NCBI RefSeq assembly: GCF_009914755.1
Contig: NC_060929.1
DNA: 64,000 nt
Reading direction: 5' to 3' (one strand)
Source of the DNA: the human T2T-CHM13v2.0 reference genome, Homo sapiens
The stretch's first letter is position 1; each line of letters begins with the position of its first letter. The notes below the pieces were generated by a model that searched no databases, was not told where the DNA came from, and saw nothing but the letters and a program-made list of their open reading frames with translations. Positions 24,346 through 33,269 of the stretch are shown one piece after another. A program made the position numbers and the translations under genes.

Positions 24346-27300
24346 TTTTTTTTGTGCCCGCAAAAAAGCAACTTTATTAATGTCCTGCAGCAGCATGCAT
24401 TAGTAATTATAACCATGCATTAAAATTCTCATTTCATGTCATCAAGAGAGTAATCAGTTCTTTTCATGATACATTATGTTTTACTGAGTCTGTCCCTTCA
24501 AAGACCTTTCTGGGAACATTCCTTCTCCAGAGACTGCTTCCTAAGATGCCCAGATTGCTTACCACAGGTCATCTTTGGTCATTTAAAAGCTGTCAAGCCA
24601 TCTGGACTACACCCTCTTAACTGAAGTTGAGCCAAATTCCCTTCTCTCAAATCCTAACGCCACCACTACTAACAGAACAGCTTGGTCAGAGCATTACTAA
24701 CAACTTAATGTGGGATTCTCTTTGGTTATGGAATTTTACTTTTATTTAAGCATATAAAAATACAGCTAGAAGTAGGCTCCTGCATTCTAAAAGCATTTTT
24801 AATCAACTTAAACACAAGTATGTCCTTGGAAAATTCACCACCTGGACTGGTTCACAGTCGGCCCGTTTCCCCGTGGAATCTACATCAGTGTTGTATTTAG
24901 CAAATTCATTTGAGTGATGAACAGTGACTGATCTTCAGGAGCCCCGAGGGGTGGGGGCAGCTGGCCTGGGCAGACTTAGATGCTGTCCATGGCTTTGAAC
25001 TCGCTGAGGGCCTGCACCGGGTTCAAGTGCTTCTTCTGAGATGCCCATTTAATCTCGCTCTGTGACTCATCCTGTTTCTCTCTCTTCAACAAGGGCTTTT
25101 TCTCTGGTGCCTCTATCTTCCATGACACAGCAGGAAGGTTGAGGGAAGCCATACCCTGTGACCTTTGGTATTTGGTAGAGGCGACGTAGGATGCCTTCAT
25201 TGTCTGCACCACAGCATTCATAAGTCCTTGGTTGCCCAGATCAGGGACGTAGCGCTGTCCATTCCAGGGACAATGAACTCCCTGCCGAGATTCTGCATCT
25301 CGGCCTTGACCTTGCTGCAGATGTTGAGCAGGTGGCAGTAGAGGGCGATGCAGTGCAGGTAGGCCAGCAGGCCAAGTCAGGGCAGGCTGAGTCGAGCAGG
25401 CCGGGCTTGCTTGCAGGCCGAGTCGGGGCAGTGGTCTGTGATGGTGCAGCCAAGCTTGTCCATCCTGGATCCTGCCTCCGCAATTTTCTTTGCAGCACTG
25501 ATTACATCTAATGTATTTTTGAGTGGTCCTTTACCTCAGGTAAAGTCAGTCACCTCCATCATAATCATGCACATCTGCTTGGCCAGCACAATGATGTCAT
25601 TGGCACTGTTGTCCCATTTGGACACTTCAGCGTCCAGCTTGCTCTTTTCTTCCTGGAAGCTGGCCACCTGTTCTGCAGTCTTCGCTTTTTGCTCCTAGGG
25701 AAGCTGAGCCATGATCGCCTGGACACTCTGGCCAGCTATCAGCTGATTGTCTTTTGTCTGGATGCTCATCCTACTTCTGACATTGAAATCTTCCATCTCA
25801 AAGTAAGAGTCATCCAAGTCCTCAGGGGTCCTTATCATCAGCACTGCTTTCCTGATGTCCCGGATGCCACCATATACTAGGCAGGAGGCATTGATAAACT
25901 CATTCTCATCCATGGGCTGGGCAGGGTCTGAGCTGAGGGCTTCCACAGCTGCTTCTGCTTGCTCAGTAAAACATGGCATGACTGTGTTGGAAAGCAGCTT
26001 AGTGGCTTCCAGAACCTTCTCTGTGTAGACTCCTGGCTCATAGTTGTCCATCTCTGAGGTGACTATGTGAATGGCCCAGGCTGCCCAACCTTGAATTGCA
26101 CTAGCTGTGCAGTCCAGGCCATCCACATCTTTCTCTTGGAGAGCAATGATGCATTTGTTCCATTTTCCAAAATGTGATTCTCTGAGACAGCCAAGAAGTC
26201 ATCAATGGAAGTAATATCATCAGCAGCATCTGTGAGAACATGGACTTGTTTTTCCCATTGTTCTTTTAAAAAGATCCATGTTCTCTTGGGCCAGTCTACT
26301 CTGTGGTTTTGCTAAAGCCAATGCAGCATTGACAACCTGAGGACAGAGGGCTTCTAACTGGCTTGCAGACATTCGAACAAGTTTTACACCTTCTTCATTA
26401 TTTGAGATGGAACAGGCCAAGTTGGCAACCTCAACCAATTTGTTGCCATGTTCACAGAAAACTTTGGCATACTCCTTGTTTCTCATTTCCATTCTTCGCA
26501 GCTTAAGTCAATACCAAAAGTGGAACATTGGTTTCCAGGAAAGAATCTGAAACGTGGTCCATGACAGCTTTGTGGAGCTGTCTACGCAAGTCCCTGGTCT
26601 TCTTGGTCATTTTATCTATAGCAGAATTGAGGGAATTACTTCTTTCTTTACATCCAGCATTGCCCATGTACTCCAAAAGCAGGTCCTGCAGGACCTGGAG
26701 GACAGTGTTACACTCTGCCGCAATTCGCTCACGATGGTCATCATGCTTGCAGGACGAGTCGCCCATCAAGGCAGCTCCGCTAATGATGCCTTCCAGGTGC
26801 TCCTCCAGGGAAGGCCTCAAGCACTCCTTGCTGAAGCTCAAAGGGTCCACAATGATTTGTTTATCAGTTATTGAGTACATATGCTAGTTCTACTCCTCCT
26901 CCACCCTGGTGATGGGAGGCATCGTCTGAGGCAGTGGCCTGGGCTACATTGGAAATGCCTGTGATGGCCTGCTGCAGCTGCTTGTATATCAGGTCCCTGT
27001 TGGCCTTATAGGCTGCAACATCAGGGTGCTGTAGGCATGCCCGGGATGCCGTATAGAAGATCAGAACATTCTTCTGCAGGATTCCTCTAGCTGCAGCCAT
27101 CTGATCACGATGGCCAACATCTTTCAGTTCCTGTTGTCTTTTGACTGCCATAATGTTCACCTTATTCACTTCGGGTTTTAGGGCTTTATACTATATTCCT
27201 AAGTCTTGTTCATTGCCAGCATTCCTCAATTTCAAGATATCATCTTCCACAACTTTCAGCTGAATAAGTAATGTGTAGACATTTCCCATGTTCAGCCAAA

Positions 27301-27780
27301 ATCAGCAAGCAGGTAACAGCAGAGAGCAAAGTTCAAGCTGCCTGAACCATGTTGCCTTGCTCCACAGAAGAACAGGGATCATCTGCGAACTCTCCCGCAG
27401 CAGTCTTCATCAAATCACCTTGTTTTCGAACGTATTCTACAGCAGCCAAAAGCTATTCCTAGAGAAAACTGGCTCTCCTTCACAATTTTATCCTCCTTCT
27501 CCAAGAAATTCTCAGCTGCTTGTTCAACAGATGCAGCCAAAACATGGACCTTCTTAGAATGACCTCTCTTCTTATCAGAGGGCCCCTTACTATTGGTGTT
27601 TACCAGGGTTGTAACCTGTGTAACAAGTCTCTCAGCTGCCAGAGTCCTGATCTCTAGACTTTTGGGGTCCCACTTCAAGTTTAAGTGGCCTGCGTGGACA
27701 GCAGTCATTTCTGTGGCGAGTAGGGTGAGCACTGGATTCCGGAGGCCCGAAGCCAACGCCCGCTGCTTTGTCCTCCTCCC
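24346..27780 (-). pseudogene. CTNNA1P1: Processed pseudogene of alpha-E-catenin (CTNNA1)
   Basis: Minus-strand ORF pieces match alpha-E-catenin from MTAVHAG..KWDPKSLEIRTL (ATG at 27708) to PVQALSEFKAMDSI* (stop 24976-24978). Intronless, with many stops and frameshifts. Includes ~70 nt of 5'UTR, ~600 nt of 3'UTR, AATAAA (24373-24378) and a residual A-tail. Inserted at a TTT/AAAA site inside a MIR whose halves lie at ~24270-24345 and ~27781-27806. Confidence 0.95.
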
Positions 27781-27859
27781 TTTTAAAGATAAGGAAACTG
27801 AGGTACTTTGTTGTTGTTGCTATTGCTATGAATTATTTCCTTTTTCACCATCATCCTTA

Positions 27860-28428
27860 TTGTATATGTAAGCCTCATCAGATTCCATCTGGAAGTTGAT
27901 TGGGTACAAGTTAACATATCACATACCAATTTCAGGTCCTCTCAGCCTCACCTGTCTCTTGTTCCAGCTGCCACCTTGGCACCCCACTCCATTTATTTCT
28001 GCCAGGCACCTCCTTCCAGAGCCCAGCTACATACCCATGCCATGAACCTCGATCTTCCCAACCTAGGATTCCCTGTTAACTTCCAAGGAATCCAGAGGCC
28101 CTCCCTCAGGCCCCAGAATTGCACAACTCATAATTACAGAGGAATTAATACCACATGGTCAAAATGCTCCCAAATGGGAGATGAAAACTGATAGATTTTT
28201 TTTTTTTAATTCCAGACTTGGGATGCAGCTTTTAAAAGTCCTGGTCTTGTAAGATAGAGCAATCAGAAGTATTTAGTGGTGACCAGCTCAGTTATGCCTG
28301 CTTGAATTTCTCTCTCTCCTTCCCTGCCTCATTCCCCTCACTTCTGCTTCATGGGATCACACTCCCTATCACAGTAGTACCAACATAGCATTTTCAGGCT
28401 CTGCTTTCTAAGGAATCTAGATTAAGTA
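27860..28428 (+). mobile_element. LTR33-like ERVL LTR, degenerate
   Basis: tgggatcacactccc...tcaggctctgctttctaaggaatctagattaagta 3' end. Confidence 0.5.
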
Positions 28429-28541
28429 ATTATAAGTAAAATTCCCCCAAATGGAAGTTTAGTCATTTTCATTAACTTCAGAATCAGTAATATTTATTGT
28501 GGTCTAATCAGAATACAATTCTGGAATATTATCCCTAGAAG

Positions 28542-29690
28542 TGCTATGGGATCTTTGGGGTGTCAATTTACTGGCCAGAAACCTCTGTGGCTGGTGGCAC
28601 CTTTGCCTGAGTTCTTGTCCTGCATCCAGGAAGAATGAGGTATGCAGACAAGTGGAGGGTAAACAAGATTAAGAGGAGCTTTATTGAGTGTTAGAACAGC
28701 TCAGAGGAGACCCGCAGTGGGTTCTGTAGCTCTTCTCTGTAGGCAGGTCACCCTGTCCAGTGTTCAGCTCTCAGCAAATAGAAGGCCCTGGAGAGGGTAG
28801 CTCCTCTCTGCTACTGGTTGTGCTGACGTTTGCTGCTTTCTGCAGAGAGGAGGCCCTGGAAAGGGTAGCTCCTATCTGCAGCTGGTCGTCCTGACATCTG
28901 CCCAGCTCCTAGCAGAGAGGAGGTCCTGGAGTGAGTTGCTCCTCTCTGCAGCTGGTGGTCCCACCGTCTCTGCAAGTCTCTGAAGCTCTCAGCAGAGAGG
29001 GTAGCTCCTCTCTGCAGCTGGTAATTCCATCATTTGCTCAGCTCTGGCTGTTCCTGGAGATTTTATGGGCCTCAGAGAGGAGAAAGTGCATGCTGATTGC
29101 TCCATGGGTGACCATAGCAAGCTCAGAAAAGACACCAGTTCCCATTCTGGTCAAGGGGACTGGCAGCCCCACCCCCAGCCTTCAGGAACTGCCCCCTTCC
29201 ATCTAGGAATCTGTCTACCTCCTGCTTCTGTTCATGGTACCCAGGCTCTGCCCCAACTTTGCTTCAAGATTGGAGAGGGCATTGACAGCAAGGAGAAGCC
29301 AGGCAGCAGGAGGAGGCACTTCTGAGCCTGCAAGGGCAGCAGGGGTCTTTCCTGGGCCTCCAAGAGTGCAGGGATGCCTGAGTCTGCAGTCATGGTTTGG
29401 GTGGCTGCAACTGCACCCTGGGTGCCTATTCCATGGAGTGGGAGGCTGGGGTCTGCAGGGGTGGTTTGGGAGGCTGCAGCTGCAACTGGAAGGGCAGGGC
29501 TCCTGCCTGCTCCTGGCCCCCCAAGAGCACAGGGAGGCTCAGATCTGCAGCCACAACTTGGGAGGCTGTGGCCCAACCCAGGAGCATGGGGTTCCTGCCT
29601 GATCCGTGGAGCATGCAGCCTTGGCCATGCCTCCCCACTGCAGCCAGTGTGATGGCAGTGGCAGGTCATCTGGAGTGGCCACTGCCATCA
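28542..29690 (-). mobile_element. MER52/LTR28-family ERV1 LTR (3' LTR of a deleted provirus)
   Basis: Minus strand TGATGGCAGTGGCC...gacaccccaaagatcccatagCA, homologous to 3774-5159. AATAAA at 28680-28685, CATAAAA at 29061-29067, and AGAGAGGAGCTACC repeats. Confidence 0.85.
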
Positions 29691-29802
29691 ATCCCCGCTT
29701 CTGAAGAGGTACATCTAACTGCCATTAGGATAGGGATGATGACTGCTCTTAACTGCTTCATGCTAACAGAGAGCATTGTTTTGGGAAAATGAAGTCAGGT
29801 CT
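29691..29802 (-). mobile_element. ERV1 internal 3' stub with polypurine tract
   Basis: Minus-strand ...cttcAGAAGCGGGGAT immediately precedes the LTR TG; no TSD on this side. Confidence 0.6.
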
Positions 29803-30169
29803 CAGGACTCTAGCATGTTGAGGTTGATCCCATCTTCTTTATAGCTGATGACACCAAGACCCAGAGAGGAAAGGGGTTTGCTCAAGATTGCATGCTTTAT
29901 GGGTGGTGTCTGAATATAGTACAAATATTTATTTAGTGCCTACAACGCCAGATTCCCATATACATTATTGCATTTTGTGCTTGCAAATTGGATAATTAAT
30001 ATTACCACCCCCATTCGAGGCATAAGAAACAGAGGGTCAGAAAAAAGGAAGTGAAATGTTGCATGTCACAATATTAGCAAATAGAAGAATCAGGCCTCCA
30101 ATTCTACATGTCTCGTTCTTTCCCCAGTTGTCTCCCATGGTCAGGAGGTGGGCCCTGGCTTTTTGAGGA

Positions 30170-30373
30170 GCCCAGTGGAAAAACAACATGAGCTTTGGAG
30201 GAAGATAGCCTTGAATTCAAGTCCTAGCTTCACCACTTAGTAGCTTTGTGATCTTAAGTAACTTATCTGAGCCTCAACTTTTTAATTCTAAAAATGGGAA
30301 AACTAGTATCTACTCATAGTTTGTGAAGATGAAAGGAGATAATGTATGTAAATCTCCCACTGAAGTGTCCATA
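30170..30373 (+). mobile_element. MIR (host of MER50; resumes at 31095-31130)
   Basis: ttcaagtcctagcttcaccacttagtagctttgtgatctt...ctgagcctcaac...aaaatgggaa; tail cagtaagggcctaataaatgttagc lies after the LTR. Confidence 0.75.
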
Positions 30374-31094
30374 TGTTGGAGTAGTTAGGTAGATGTGAAC
30401 ACGGCAGGAGAGCCCCCCACCACCCCCAAGCCCTGGCCACCAGGAATGTCAGGTGACCATCAGGTGATGGGTATGGTCAGGGGGTCATTAAACTGTATCA
30501 CTAAAATAATAATTGGTTGCAGCTGGTGCCAGGGAACGGCAGTCTCCCAATAGATAGAAAAAATCTGAAACTGGTGATCAGCAGTTTCCTGATAAGATCT
30601 CAGGAGTTGGGTAAGTGGGCTCAAGCATGTGCACTAAGAAGCAAAATGGTGGAGTTCAACGGGTATGACCTTCCTCTAGAAACGCTTGACTGGTAAGGGC
30701 AAAATGCCTCAAATGAACATGTGTACAACTTCAGTAAACACACTATGCATGCAGCCCCTCCCAAGTTCTGGCAGGCCACTGTGCATGTGGACAGCCCATA
30801 CCAAGGGAAGAATCAGGGGAAAAGTAATACAGGCCCTGGAAGCATGCCAACATATAAAGCCCCAAGTCAAAGGTCAAACAGTGCACTTTAATCTCTCAAG
30901 TCACCCCCTTGGCCCTCTTCCAAGCGTACTTTACTTCCTTTTGTTTCTGCTCTACAACTTTTTAATAAACTTTCACTCCTGAGTTAAAACTTGCCTCAGT
31001 CTCCCCTGCCTTACGCCCCTTGATCAAATTCTTTCTTCTGAGGAGGCAAGAATTGAGGTTGCTGCAGACCCATATGAATTTCCCGCTGCTAACA
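30374..31094 (+). mobile_element. MER50-like ERV1 solo LTR
   Basis: TGTTGGAGTAG...ccaggaatgtcaggtgaccatcaggtgatgg...ctgaaactggtgatcagcag...AATAAA(30964)...gctgctaaCA. TSD CATA/TGTA. Confidence 0.85.
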
Positions 31095-33269
31095 TGTACA
31101 CAGTAAGGGCCTAATAAATGTTAGCCAGTATCAGTTCTCTGGAATCAAAGATGCCTTTCAAAAAATGATATTAGCTTCTATTTTATGGGTACTTATTAAG
31201 TGCCAGGCATGGTACTAAGCACTGTCTGCAGAAGATGGAATCTCCTCTAACTATCCTAACCTCACTGTGGGAGGGAAGATGAAGGGGAATGTCTACTATC
31301 TCCTAATCTCTTGTTGCCTCTAACAACAGTTCATAAACTGTAGCCATCTGTGTGCTCTCTTCTTGCACTTTGCCGTATCTGTGTAGCAGTTTTAAAAGTT
31401 TAAATTTACAGTTTAGTTTTGTCCAAAGCAATAACGTTGTGAAATTATAGATTTGATGTGCTGGTTATATATTTTTTGTTATTCTGATTAAAATGTTTAA
31501 CCATTGAAATAAAAATGTGTTATTACTTAAAATACTCCAGAAAAAATATAAGATAGATAAAATAAGATTGGCAAAATGTTGATCTTTTTAAAAACTGGAT
31601 GATGGGTACACGGGCTTATAAATTCTCTAATTTTATGTATCTTTTGAAATTTTCCATAATAAACAATGTTTAAAAACTAAAATAAAACACATCAAATCTG
31701 GGGCCAAGGCTCGGGAATGTTCTCTCACAGAGACCTAAAATCTACTCAAGTTCCACAGAGGAGCAATAGAAAAACTAGTCACACAGAAAAATTCCAAGTT
31801 AAAGTTTGTTGACTCGATGAATGAATGGTTTTCAAACTTGTTATCTTTCTTGTGGCTTTTAGCTCTGGTTCCTTGGATGCTCTAAACTGCTAACTTTCCC
31901 TTAAGGGGTGGGCAACAAATTAACATAGAAAATTTCATGACAAGATGAGTAATACCTTAGAAAACAGCCTAATCTGAGGAGCTCCTGCTGCTTTTCTTTT
32001 ATTGCTATGCACTTGGTTTCCATTACCATGAAGAACATATCTAGAAAGTTTTGATAAATTTCCATAGTCATGTTTGGTTGCCCTTGGATGTTTCTGCAAA
32101 ATGAGGTCAAATGTATTAAATGATATTAGTTGGCTAGTAGTTTTTAAACGTATTTTGTCAAAAAAATCTCTTACCAGATGTTCTTAAGAACAAGCTGCAG
32201 AGCCATTTGTCTCAAATGGCTTATGTGATGTAGGTCTGGAAAAGGAGAATGGAGCAAGGTGGCCTCAGGAGCCAGAAATGGCCAATGTGCTTTGAGAATC
32301 TGACATGTACCAGTAGGCCAGCATCATCTGTGACTGCACTAAGATTTTCCAAAGCACGTCTTCTCCCACTCACATCTGGAGACAAGCAAACACTCCCAAC
32401 TCCTCACCCATATTCTATCTGGAATTTACTGGGATCAGAGTCTGGTATCAAATTAGGTATCTCAATTAAAGGTTGAGTATACTAGAAGTCTAAATCTATT
32501 GCAAGAGGATAGAAAGGCCTTAACAGGATTACTTTTTGTGTATATAATTAGTTATGCTAAAAGATTGTAATAGTATGCTTCTTTATTATGCAAAGCAATT
32601 AGTATTATGCAAAGTAGTAGTTCAAATTATAACATCATTTTGTTCCTTTGCTGGAGAATATAGGCCAAATTTCTATACCTTTTAAATCTCCTTATGTATT
32701 CAATGTAACTGTTTTGAATATAACAATAACAGAAATTATATGACTAAATTAAGGATCACAAATAGCAGAAACAATAAAAAATCTGGAAAGTTACAGCATA
32801 AATTCTACTCGGCCCCTACAAATACAAACACAGAAATTGGGTTTCTACTCCCCCAACCTTTATTCTGGAAATAGATTTCTCTCCTGCTTATAGAATGAAA
32901 GCAACCCATCACCTTATTTTTATGACTCTTAATGGATAGAGAATGAAGTGGATGCATGGTTGGTGGCTCAGCAGCCTCTCAATAGCATCAGCACCATATG
33001 ATGCACAGCCTGATCTGTATTAAGCCAGTGCAACTGGACCACCCAAGACAGAACAGAGGATCTATTTCATGGCTTGTGGAGTAAACTAAACTTCCAGCAT
33101 TTTTTCTCAAGAAAGTGATCAGCAGGAAATTGTCAGCTTAAAAATTCGGCATAGAAATAAAATGTAAATGGTCCATAAACAAATGAAAAGATGTTCAATT
33201 TCACTCATAATTGAAGAAATTAAAATAGTACTTTCTCACTTTTCTTCTGGTCTTTTGACAAGTTTTCTT

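Noticed and set aside
24976-27756. Cluster of catenin-like ORFs as a functional gene or exons
   Set aside because: They are contiguous, intronless and broken by stops and frameshifts, with UTRs and an A-tail, so this is a processed pseudogene.
28790-29020. Regularly spaced AGAGGGTAGCTCCTCTCTGC repeats (also 4360-4490) as a CRISPR-like array
   Set aside because: The spacers are homologous to each other and the repeats are degenerate. These are internal tandem repeats of the LTR in eukaryotic DNA with no cas genes.
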